NCBI GenBank assembly: GCA_964016885.1
Contig: OZ024743.1
Location: forward strand, 147,870,001 to 147,934,000
Direction: 5' to 3'
DNA: 64,000 nt
From: Eledone cirrhosa
Taxonomy: Eukaryota
Part shown: positions 13,290 to 25,400 of the stretch, in pieces
How the letters are laid out: every line of letters begins with the position of its first letter
Position numbering within the stretch: position 1 is the stretch's first letter
Notes under the pieces: generated by a model
What the model was told of the DNA's origin: nothing
What the model saw: the letters and a program-made list of their open reading frames with translations, nothing else
The model's database searches: none
Position numbers and translations under genes: made by a program

Positions 13290-13745
13290 GTGTTTTCGCC
13301 TATGCCTGTGTATGTACGTTTTTGGATGCGTGTATGTATATATTTAATTTAAATTACCTCTGTATATTATTTACTTTATTCTTAACTCTGAAGCCGAGAA
13401 TCATTCGGTTTCCTAAATAGAATTTTATTCTACGATTTCAGTTATACCATGTACGTGGTTTTGTCTTTGCGTGTAATTTTTCCGTTGCTCCACATAATGA
13501 CGTATTATCTTCGTTTTTTTCCGTTCATTGCCTGAGAACGTCTCCATAAACCACCTAATAGAATATTAGTCTACGACTTTATTTATACCATAAACGTGGT
13601 TTGTTCTTTGCGTGTAATTATTCTCAATGCACCAAATAATGACGTATTATCTTCGTTTTTTTCCGTTCTTTGCCAGGGAACGTTTCCACCCGTTAACGGT
13701 GAAAGCTGCGATTCTTTGCTTAAACTTTAATCTGTTATTTTAATA
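13290..13745 (+). repeat. Dispersed repeat with internal ~140-bp tandem units
   Basis: The unit tacga...ataccat..acgtggttt...ataatgacgtattatcttcgttttttccgttc occurs twice. A reverse-complement copy of the family lies at ~21550-22120. Confidence 0.75.
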
Positions 13746-13830
13746 AATATTTGATGTACGGCTCTTATATATCTGATATATATTTATTCATATCGACCCC
13801 TCTTTGGATTTTAGTCTTCAAATTTATTAC

Positions 13831-13887
<57 letters not shown>

Positions 13888-14015
13888 AAAGTTCTATTTT
13901 AAATTGTTGGGATACAACAAGTAAATATTTTTATAACTGATATAAAGCACTCGACAAGTATTTGGAGTAGATATACGATATTAATAAATGGAAACTATAT
14001 TTATAAAACCATATT

Positions 14016-14080
14016 TATTTCATTATACATATTTCAGGGATACCAAATGAAATTATAGTATGCCTTCATCAGACAAAATA
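14016..14080 (-). ncRNA. Minimal type I hammerhead ribozyme (H2)
   Basis: Reverse complement reads TATTTTGT-CTGATGA-AGGCATACTA-loop-TGGTATCCCT-GAA-ATATGTAT-A-ATGAAATA. Confidence 0.75.
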
Positions 14081-14187
14081 CAATATATAACAGTTTTACA
14101 AATAAGCTTTGACGTACCCTATTAAAATGCAACCATTATTTTTGGAAGCCATCCGGATACTGAGTTGTTTATATTATTTTAATAAGT

Positions 14188-14244
14188 CTGATGAAGGCAT
14201 ACCATAATTTAATTTGGTATCCCTGAAATATGTATAATGAAATA
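14188..14244 (+). ncRNA. Hammerhead (H2), core intact but stem I disrupted
   Basis: CTGATGA-AGGCATACCA-loop-TGGTATCCCT-GAAA-TATGTATA-ATGAAATA. An extra AATAA in the 5' strand of stem I breaks the pairing. Confidence 0.65.
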
Positions 14245-14282
14245 AATATGGTTTTATAAATATAGTTTCCATTTATTAATAT

Positions 14283-14350
<68 letters not shown>

Positions 14351-15370
14351 GTACTTGTCTATACCACACTAATTCGCCTGAAGAGGTCACAGCCAAAAAT
14401 GGCTGTCAATATAGCAATAATAAACGAAGCTAAATTTTAAACATTTGACTTTTTATTTAACTTTATTTTACATTACTCCGGAGTAACCAAACGAAACTGC
14501 GCACTTCGTCGATTGCTCCAGCCTGCATACTGAGGTGTTGGTATACAACCAACATATACTAAAAATCTGTATATATATATATATATGCATATATATATAT
14601 ATATATATAAATATATATAACAAAGGAATTGTGGTAAGGAACCAGTTGGACCATAACGCACCAGAGTACTCAATACTTAGGCTAGTAGAGTGGGAAATAG
14701 GAAAAAGTATGACTAGTCCAGAAATAGCCGTCGAAACGACTTAAGCCCTGCCGTCGGGGTCATACTTATCCCTATAAATATATATATATGTGGAAGGTTG
14801 ATGCGTGTATGTGTATGACTATCTGTGAGTAAGGGTTCATGTAATTTAGTAAAACAAATACATCATCTGACGGTGTTAACATTTGAATATTTACATTTTT
14901 ACGTTCTCGAAAATATATTTCTGTTATATCAATCATATTTAACGTTTTGTCTTATGTTTAAATGGTATATGTTGAAAAGTAATAGGAGTTATATACTAAA
15001 GGTTATTATTATGCCTATTGTATCACTAAAAACGACGATTTGGTAATCCCGTAAGGCAATTTGTTGGTAATAACAACTATCTCCCTCTCTTGTAACTGCC
15101 TTTAGAACTCGTGAGAGAAACGCAGATATTTTCATTGAAAAAATATGAAGATGCTGCTGCAAGAGAGAGGCGTCAACTATCTCAAGCAAAGATTTAGCAA
15201 ATAGAAACTTAATACCTAAGTAAGCTTAGATAAGAAAATTGCTAGACCAAAAATGGTGTGCGACAATAGAAGTTGGGTCGAAAATAAAACAGCAGAGACT
15301 ATGTTGTCATGTCATGAGATAAAGTGAGAATTAACATTTTGGTTGAAGTTCATTATCTATATATGAATAG

Positions 15371-15558
15371 GGCGGTGGATTGGCAGTATCGGTGGAGGGT
15401 CGGAAACCATGCTTTCCAGCATAGTTACGTCCCTTTACGATCTGAGTTCAAATCCCGCCGAGGTTGACTTTGCCTTTCATCCTTACGGGGTCGATAAAAT
15501 AAAGTACCAGTAATACACTGGATAATTGCTGGCCTTGTGCCAAAAAGTAGAAACAATT
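15371..15558 (+). mobile_element. Full-length tRNA-derived SINE with 18-bp TSD
   Basis: Same family as 6429. TSD attatctatatatgaata at 15352-15369 and 15556-15573. Confidence 0.95.
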
Positions 15559-15857
15559 ATCTATATATGAATATTTACGCATATACACGCACATTTATAT
15601 ATATGTTCGCTAACATACACATATTCGTTTAGAGTATACCGTTTATCTCTCTCTCTCTCTCTCTCTCTGATATATTACTCTATAACCCTATGACGTGCTC
15701 CAGTCGATAGTCTGAGTCCATGCTGGGGCACCGTCATTATATATATATATATCTATATATATATATATATACATATATAAACACATACATACACACACTT
15801 ATATATATTCATATATACGATATTAACAAATGGAAACTATATTTATAAAACCATATT

Positions 15858-15922
15858 TATTTCATTATACATATTTCAAGGACACCAAGTTAAATTATGG
15901 TGTGCTTTCATCAGATAAAATA
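15858..15922 (-). ncRNA. Minimal type I hammerhead ribozyme (H2)
   Basis: Reverse complement reads TATTTTAT-CTGATGA-AAGCACACCA-loop-TGGTGTCCTT-GAA-ATATGTAT-A-ATGAAATA. Stem II covaries with the 14-kb copies. Confidence 0.82.
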
Positions 15923-16469
15923 TAATATAAATCAGTTTTATAAATAAATATTGATATACCCTTAAATAATGCAACCATTACTGTTGGAAGCTCCCGGAGC
16001 TTACAACAGTAATGGTTGCATTCTTTAAGGGTACGTCTATATTTATTTATAAAACTGATCTATATTATATTTTATTTGATGAAAGCAGACCGTAATTTAA
16101 CTTGAAATATGTATAATGAAATAAATATGGTTTTATAAATATAGTTTCCATTTGTTAATATCGTATTTTTACTCCAAATATTTGTTGAGTGCTTTATATC
16201 AGTTATAAAAATATTTGCTTGTTGTATCCCAACAATTTAAATAGAACTTTTACATATATTCATATATATATATATATTTGTCGGGTCTATGTTTTTATGT
16301 TTGTATGTATGTGTTTATGTATGTATGTATACATACGAAACATTTGTATTGGAAGATTTCCAATTGAATTGTTGTAAAATCCTATTATGCATACTTATTC
16401 TTCGCTATTACTCTATCACCCTATTACGTGCTCCAGTCGATAGGCTGAGGCCATGCTGCGCACTGTCAT

Positions 16470-16563
<94 letters not shown>

Positions 16564-16795
16564 TAAATATAGTATCCATTTATTAATATAATGAATATTT
16601 ACTCCACCAATTTTTTGAGTGCTTTATATTAGTTATAAAATGTTTAAGTTTGTTGAATTCCAACAAATTAAATATAACCTTTGTATATATACATATATAT
16701 ATTTGACAAACAAGGAAAATGACTTCACTTGTAGTGTTAAAACATTTTTTTGATTTAATTTTATAATATTATAATATTATGAGTTGGTAGATCCA

Positions 16796-16861
<66 letters not shown>

Positions 16862-17101
16862 CGAAGGAAATGTGGTAAGGAACCAGGTGGAGCATAACGC
16901 ACCAAAGTACTCAATACTTAGGGTAGTAGAGTGGGTAATAGGAACCAGTAAGACCCCGATGGCTGAGCTCAAGCCGTTTCGACGGCTAATTCTGGACTAG
17001 AATTAGCCGTCGAAACGGCTTGAGCTCAGCCGTCAGGGTCTTACTGGTTCCTATATATATATATATATATATATACTGGATCTACCAACTCATAATATTA
17101 T

Positions 17102-17236
17102 AATTGTTTCTACTTTTTTGGCACAAGGCCAGCAATTACCCGGTACATTACTGGTACTTTATTTTATCGACCCCGTAAGGATGAAAGGCAAAGGGAACCT
17201 CTCCGCGGAAGGATTTGAACTCAGACCGTAAAGGGA
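17102..17236 (-). mobile_element. 5'-truncated SINE
   Basis: Reverse complement of the SINE core and tail, flanked by the near-duplicate actcata(a/c)tattataat. Confidence 0.88.
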
Positions 17237-17312
17237 CTCATACTATTATAATATTATAAAATTAAATCAAAAAAATGTGTTAACACTACAAATGAAATCA
17301 TTCTTTTCCTTT

Positions 17313-17373
<61 letters not shown>

Positions 17374-17586
17374 TAAGTTAAAGTGTACATCTATATATGT
17401 ATACGGAAGTATTAGTATGCATATAAATACACATATGTATACATATGTACATGTACCGAGCTTTTCACTAGACACTTTACAGTGAGTGTCCAGCTAGTCT
17501 GTATGTAAACAGATGAACCGGGTTTTAGAGTCATACGAGTTTTCAAGGAAACACATTTCCTCTATTCTCCAGAGAGCCAGACAGGA

Positions 17587-17629
17587 ATATTGGACTAGTT
17601 TCGATGTTATTACATCTCATCAGCAATAT
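17587..17629 (-). ncRNA. Canonical minimal type I hammerhead ribozyme (H3)
   Basis: Reverse complement reads ATATTG-CTGATGA-GATGT-aata-ACATC-GAA-ACTAGT-C-CAATAT. Stems I and II are perfect, G10.1-C11.1 is present, stem III is the palindrome ACUAGU, and the site is GUC. Confidence 0.93.
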
Positions 17630-18165
17630 ATACCTATCTTTCCGGCTTCTCTGGAGAATTGTAAAAGCACATATCGTTATATGCTTTTTCTATGAAAATC
17701 AGTAGTGGGCAGACTAATTTGCATAGAACGTGAGTCATTGTACGCACCGGTTGAGCGGAAACGATAAAAACGAATAACGAAACGAAATTAAATTTCGTTT
17801 CGCTTCTAACTCACTTTTGTATGACTGACGCTTAAACAATTAAGTTAAAGTGTACATCTATATATGTATACGGAAGTATTAGTATGCATATAAATACACA
17901 TATGTATACATATGTACATGTACCGAGCTTTTCACTAGACACTTTACAGTGAGTGTCCAGCTAGTCTGTATGTAAACAGACGAACCGGGTTTTAGAGTCA
18001 TACGAGTTTTCAAGGAACCGGTGAACCGGTGCGTTTCCGCTGAAACGGTGCGTACAATGACTCACGTTCTATGCAAATTAGTCTGCCCACTACTGATTTT
18101 CATAGAAAAAGCATATAACGATATGCGCTTTTACAATTCTCCAGAGAAGTCGGAAAGATAGGTAT

Positions 18166-18208
18166 ATATTGCTGATAAGATGTAATAACATCGAAACTAG
18201 TCCAATAT
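18166..18208 (+). ncRNA. Hammerhead (H3) with core mutation CTGATAA (G8A), probably inactive
   Basis: Identical to the 17587 copy except at core position 8. Confidence 0.8.
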
Positions 18209-18497
18209 TCCTGTCTGGCTCTCTGGAGAATAGAGGAAATGTGTTTCCTTGAAAACTCGTATGACTCTAAAACCCGGTTCGTCTGTTTACATACAGACTA
18301 GCTGGACACTCACTGTAAAGTGTCTAGTGAAAAGCTCGGTACATGTACATATGTATACATATGTGTATTTATATGCATACTAATACTTCCGTATACATAT
18401 ATAGATGTACACTTTAACTTAATTGTTTAAGCGTCAGTCATACAAAAGAGAGTTAGAAGCGAAACGAAATTTAATTTCGTTTCGTTATTCGTTTTTA

Positions 18498-18972
<475 letters not shown>

Positions 18973-19091
18973 TATATATATATAATGACGGTACTCCAGC
19001 ATGGCCTTAGACTATCGACTGGTGCACCTAATAGAGTGATAGAGTAATAGCGAAGAATAAGTATGCATAATACGATTTTACAACAATTTAA

Positions 19092-19178
19092 TTGGAAATC
19101 TTCCAATACAAAATGTTTCGACGGGTTTGACGACTATACAGGGTATCAATCCGGTCTCTTCAGACAGTCTTCCGAACA
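19092..19178 (-). ncRNA. Type I hammerhead ribozyme with long loop II and extended stem I (H5)
   Basis: Reverse complement reads ttcggaagactgt-CTGAAGA-GACCGG-25-nt loop-CCCGTC-GAA-ACA-ttt-TGT-A-ttggaagatttcc. Stem I is imperfect here. The homologue at ~20529-20613 (+) shows ccgt/atgg and ttcggaa/ttccgaa pairing but has a mutated core. Confidence 0.62.
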
Positions 19179-19185
19179 TTATTTT

Positions 19186-19612
19186 GATCCACTCATGGTT
19201 CTCTTCAGCCATTCCCTCATCAACTTCTTCAAGTTTCCCCCGGAAAAGAAGGTGAGGTTGGGGAAGGAAGTGCTGCCCCCTAGACATCTCCTAAAACGTG
19301 GGTAAATGTTGCAAGAATACCACTTTTAGCCTACTTTTAACATGCGCCTGTAGGGTGGTTAATTTGAGGAGGAGGGGGCTATACTTTCCAGGTGCATTCA
19401 GAGCGCCGGGTAGTTTAGGATTGGTGGGTTCCTGTATTGCCCCTGGGTGGTTGTTCCCCTATTGGGGATACATATTGCTATGATTTTCTTGTTGATTGTT
19501 ATTGTTTCTTTATATTATTTACTCGTTTTTATTTTATAAAACTCCCATTTTCCCTTCTTTTGAATTGTTCCCTATTTGTAAACCCTTGTGGTCAATAAAG
19601 ACATTTTCACTT
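19186..19612 (+). mobile_element. 3' end fragment of a Tx1-type LINE
   Basis: SLINFFKF...KKVRLGKEVLPP matches the ORF2 C-terminus of the 42-kb copy. The 3' UTR ends cccttgtggtcaataaaga, as in the other copies. Confidence 0.85.
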
Positions 19613-20838
19613 TTGATATAATTGTTTTTGTTATTGATGTTATTATTGTTCTACTATTTCGACATGATAATTTACATCCTTTATCTTCGTAACTAGTGTA
19701 CCAAATAGTTATCATCAATAATATTTCCCCCACCCTCCAGGTCTCAACATGCCCGGGGACATAACATAGCGACCGGAGGACACGATGATTTTTCGGAGCC
19801 AAGGAATCTACAAAATAAACTTCTACGTTATATCATATATTTAACTCTGATATAAACATCATAGAGTGCTTGAAATTCCAATAGGATACTTAACCGAGAA
19901 AATCCGTGAGCCCAGCTTCACAGCCTAGTCTTGTGGCCGTTTCGGGTTAAGACTATAACTACGAGAAAACTAGTTAGTGGTAACTGATCCTTATTGTTTG
20001 TCTACTCTCCAATTCGATCCGTAAAATAATACATCTCTCAGTCACTTATTCCAACAGTTAACTGCAGAGATAGCAAACCCCGATAAAAAAGAGTATAAAA
20101 TATAGTATAGATTCAGATCCTAACTTATTATTGTTTTTATTTAGTCTTCCAGCACTAAAACATTTTAGCATTTTTTAACTAATTTCCTAGTTTAATGTCA
20201 TATTAACAATTAGTTTACTAATTTCGTGTCCTATATCCCCACATTGTTTTACACACTTCACTTTGACCTGATCCCTGGAGGTGTTGATGGATTTTAAGCG
20301 AATGGACTCTAGGGCGTGACACCAGACAAGTTGATATACGTGACTAAAATGTCACTATGAAATGCCATGGCGAGAATTCTACCGATAGTTGGTGCCGCGG
20401 AAGTATGGTGGTAAATAGGTATTAACGTTGTCACTAGCTTATAAGCGACTTGATGTTCAGAGAGGAAAGATTAACATTTTTCTTTCCACCCCGTGTTCTC
20501 TAAAGAACCTGAGGTAGAAAAAATAATGTTCGGAAGACCGTTTGGGGAAGCTGGATTAATACACTGTATAATCGTCAAACCCGTCGAAACATTTGGAATG
20601 GGAAATTTCCGAATGAATTGCTGTAAAAACTCGTTACGTTTATGTATTCTTCACTGTATACACTCCGCTTGCACCACCAGATGTAATTTGGGATGATTTA
20701 GGATGCTGAGGGCTTAACATGGAATACTTCGAGACCTATCAGTTACAATATATATATATATAACAAAGAAGGTGTGGTAAGAAACCAGGTGGACCATAAC
20801 GCATCAGAGTACTCGATAGTTAGGATAGCAGAATGGGT

Positions 20839-21419
20839 TTAATAATCAGGAGCTGATTATTCAGAGCGATTGCCGGTCCAGCAAAAATTAAGTATTAGGA
20901 CTGGGGCTCTGAAATAGCGATGTATACATAAATGTATGCATACTATATTTGGCAATATACGATATGTTTAATTAAAAACATTTTGAAGACCTTACGCTAT
21001 CATTTTAAAGTAGTGACTATGTCACTTCTTTTCAGCGAAAAAAATGCAGAGAAGCTAACAGTCTGTTTCATGCTGTTTGGCAATCATCAGAGCTACGAAC
21101 TGCCCTCTTGCGCCGATGCTGGACCGGCAATCGCTCTTTATAATCAGCTCCTGATTATTACTGGAATTCTATAATACTCCAGCTTCTATAATTTTCGGCG
21201 GAAGAGGGCAGTACGTAGCTATGATGATTGACAAACAGCATGAAACAGACTTAGCTTCTCTGCTTCTTTCGCCGAAAAGAGGTAAGTAACATAGTCACTA
21301 CTTTAAAATGATAGCGTAAGGTCTTCAAAATGTTTTTAATGAAACATACGGTATATTGCCAAATATATTATGCATACATTCATGTATACATCGCTATTTT
21401 AGAGCACCAATCCTAATAC

Positions 21420-21424
<5 letters not shown>
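20839..21424. mobile_element. Fold-back non-coding hammerhead element, family H7, adjoining (TA)n
   Basis: ~20890-21117 is inverted at ~21195-21422, and 20840-20883 is inverted at 21118-21160. Confidence 0.85.
21053..21094 (-). ncRNA. Minimal type I hammerhead ribozyme (H7)
   Basis: Reverse complement reads AGCT-CTGATGA-T-TGC-caaaca-GCA-T-GAA-ACAG-A-CTGT-T-AGCT. Stem III is near-palindromic and the site is GUU. There is an atypical U-U at 10.1/11.1. Confidence 0.7.
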
Positions 21425-21492
<68 letters not shown>

Positions 21493-21549
21493 GTTATATA
21501 TATATATATCTGTTATTTTAATTAATATATATATATATATATATTAATT

Positions 21550-22120
21550 AAAATAACAGATTAAAGTTTAAGCAAAGAATCGCTGCTTTCACCCTTAACG
21601 GGATCTTCTGAAACTAACAAAGTCAATCTGTAAACGCAGAACTGGATATTTCAAAAAACGTTGCAGCCGGAGGAAGACAGTAAGACGATACTTTGGTTCG
21701 TGGTAACGTTCGCTGGCAAAGAACGGGAAAAAACGAATAATACGTCATTAATAGGACCGGTGAAAAACAATTACGCGCAAAGACAGAACCACGTTTATGG
21801 TATAAAAGAGGTCGTAGACTAATACTCTCTTAGGTGGTGCATAGATACGTTCTCTGGCAATGAACGAAAAAACGAAGATAATAAGTCATATGTGGAGCGT
21901 GGAGAACAATAGCACGCAAAGACAAAACCACGTAAATGGTATAGCAGAAGTCGTAGACTAAAATTCTAACTAGGAGACCAAATGAATCTCCGCTACAGAG
22001 TTAAGAACAAAGTAAATAAATACAATACAGAAGTAATAGAAACAAATAAATACATACACGCAAACAAATACGTACATACACAAGCAAACGCAAAACTTTA
22101 CCATAGGTATACAAAACCAC
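21550..22120 (-). repeat. Second copy of the ~140-bp-unit dispersed repeat
   Basis: Reverse-complement similarity to 13290-13745. Confidence 0.75.
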
Positions 22121-22344
22121 GCACATATAAATATGTGTGTGTGTGTATGCTTGTGTACAAATAAATAAATAATTATATAAACGTATATAAGTAAATAAAT
22201 ACGTATATAACAAGCGCACACACATACCTACATATAAATACACGAATGTTCGGAGACGTAAGTCAACTAAAACAAGAAGTACACATATACACACACCCAC
22301 CATACGTACGAACCTGCATACTCACGCAGACGCAAAACTCCCGT

Positions 22345-22451
<107 letters not shown>

Positions 22452-25400
22452 AATATTTGGTATAAACCCAACGGATATATGTATGTTGGTGTGCATGTAT
22501 GTATCTACAATTCAAATTACAGTAATAAAGAAATTACAAATACTGACGATGAAATTTGCAAATGACTCATAAGGAAATATGAAAAGTATTTGATAAAAAA
22601 GATCAAACTCGAACATCACCGAGTCTTTGAAAACATATACATGCATACACACGCAACCACACACATCTACATTCGCCAATGTATGTATGTGTTTGTTTGT
22701 TTATTGTGTCTCTCTGTTCATATGTAAATATACTTATGTGAGTGTAAGTGTGTACGGATATTTTTTATGAGAAATCTTGTTCACAATGAGAGATAGAGTG
22801 AAAAGTGAACAGAACATATTGTACTTAAACGCAGATTGTTTAGGAATTAGTTTGTTTATCTTTTTAAATCTATTTATGTTTCTCGCTTTGCTGTCAGTAA
22901 TTTGGTTTCTCACTCTTTCTACCACGCCTTCATGGCTCCTTGTTCAGGCAGAATATAAAATTCCATTGCTTTACTCAATATGGCTTTTTATAGAGAACAC
23001 AAATGTGGCTAGAATGGAGGAATAAACAAAAGGTACCAGGAAAATAGTTGTAGGGTTTTTACAAACATCTGTTCTTTTGAACATCTCAGTTTTTTTGTTA
23101 ATGTCTTCACATGGGACTTGGTTTCTATCATTGATGAACCATTGATGATGTATAGTCTCAAAAACAAGTTGCTTTCTTTTGTGTTCCATGACTTTAGAAC
23201 CTGATACGACGTTTCTGTTAAAAGTAAATCATTCTCTTATGTCCGTCTAAGTGGTTGGTTTCAGTGAGATGGTAAATTACATAACATATGTTTATTTTAT
23301 TTTCGTTTATTTATCTGTTTATTTATGGTTCTTTTGTTACTATGTGGAAAAGGCTGAGAAATTGGTTAATTTCTCTTTTGAATAATGTATTTTCTGACAG
23401 AAATTACAATTGCATGGCTCTTTTACAAAAACTTCTAATCAATTTTATATATTTTTTCAACGGGATTCTAGTTGAGATAACTTTAACATTTTGGTGAGAA
23501 CTTCAGAAAGAACATTTGTCGCTAGAAATAGGTATTACATTAATTATTATTCACTCCCTATTTTCAGTGGTTTTCTAGCTCATTATTTACAATACTGAAC
23601 ACATGATTAGTAACAATAAATTTAAAAATAATGAAAATGTAATGCTTTGTGGATAGGAAATAAAATGACTCTCTTCTGGTTGTGTTTTTACACCTAAGTC
23701 ATCCCTGGTATTGAACAGATTTATAGTATATGACATTCTAGCCATGGCCATCACGTAACGTTTAGACAAACTCCATTTAAGACTATATTATTTAATGTGT
23801 TCTTTGATATTACGATAATTGTTTGTGACTTGAGGAATATCTGACTGCTATTCTTTTAGCAATTCGAATGACCTAATAGATGCCCCTTAGTATCTTCATG
23901 CATATATATATGATAAAACTTGAGGTATTATGGACACATGAATTTAAATATTAGAAACTTAGTAAAATATTATTGGGAATGTCCAAATTGAACAGACAGA
24001 CGATAATGAAGTAGAGTGCAGGTAGTAGATGACAGTCTTAACTAGTATAATCATTGGTAATGACTTAGATGAAGAAAGATGATGACAAGTTTGAGAAATA
24101 TTGCATAGAGTTAGTAGATGGTAATATATTCTATGGACATTTGATGCAAATGTATATTATTGAGAGCTAAACCATATACTATGTGATACATTTTTCTATA
24201 TTTTATACAATGCTTTAAGCAAACTACAACTTTCTTCAATATGATATTACTTCCTACTGTTACTATAAGCTCTGGATAGAAGGACCTCCGGTACAAAGTT
24301 ATTTAAGTGTTTGATAAAAATATTTCATCATATTTAACAAATTAATTTCAGTTAATACAGGAATCTTTACCAGTTTAATTAAAATAATTAATGTTTATAG
24401 CTCTATCTTTAAAATGGCTGTAATATATTTTAGCTCAGAATGCTTCTTCACTCACATAGCAATTTTTCCTTCGGTACAATACCTACATAACATTAATCTA
24501 TTAACACTGTAGGCATAAAAATATATAATGACTCTATCATGAACACAAGACCGCAAACTTTGTAAGGAAAGTATATTGATGAGAGTGCTTGACTGGTACT
24601 TTATCGGCCCCAAAATGGAAGAGCTGTTAAGTTGATACCAGCATGATTTGGAATCAGAATATAGAGAGGTGAACAAAATACTGAAAACATTTTGTTTGAT
24701 ACATTACTAATTCTATTAATACCGAAAGCATCTAGCATCCCCCATAAAATTTATTTACTAGAATACTCTTCATCATATGCTGAATTTATCGCCACCAATA
24801 AGCCACCGATAGTTGTACGGCGTACTATAAATAACAACCAAATCTCACTCATCCATACCTTTTTAAAATAAGCACTTGGGACATTAAAAATTGACCTAAA
24901 TACTCCTCCCCATACGTAGGAAAAACGGATAATCATAACTAGAATGTCTCTGATGAGAAGTCTCTTCAAATAGACTGGCCGGGGAGTAAACAACAACAAC
25001 AACAACAACGATAATTATGTGTTTGATAAGCCGTGGAGAGAGTCTATAAGTGACCACTCAACCTGCAGTAATAGCAACAATGTAACCTTCAAATTGTGTT
25101 CTACTATTTTCAAGATTGAAATGCCTCATTAAATAATTCTTAGATTCCCCTAAAGGCACAACTGAATGCTTCTAATAATAGGCATTCTCAATTAGAGTTG
25201 CTCTGGGACTAAACAACAACAGCAACAACAACTTTGTTTCTGTCTTCCACCATCAGCTTTCATGGACTTCTAGAATGTTGTTCCCATTTTAAGGATTGTA
25301 GAACGTGATTTGAGAGTGAATACAGCTCCGACTCTATGAATAAAAATAACTGCATAGAATAGGCTTCCAAGCTCAGAGGATTTCAGTTGCATTTTGGTGT

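Larger units (their letters stand above)
13885..14286. mobile_element. Fold-back non-coding hammerhead element, family H2, inside (TA)n
   Basis: ~13980-14090 is inverted at ~14170-14283, with (TA)n on both sides. A second copy lies at ~15818-16255 and a fragment at ~16560-16690. Confidence 0.85.
17370..18497. mobile_element. Partial-tandem plus inverted non-coding hammerhead element, family H3 (467-bp unit), inside (TA)n
   Basis: The unit starts at 17370 and restarts at 17837 (to ~18017). ~18043-18497 is a near-perfect reverse complement of a permuted unit. (TA)n lies on both sides. Confidence 0.9.

Noticed and set aside
24946-24975. gtct-CTGATGA-gaag-tct-cttc-aaat-agac, hammerhead-like
   Set aside because: It lacks GAAA, stem III and NUH; it could be a decayed copy or chance.
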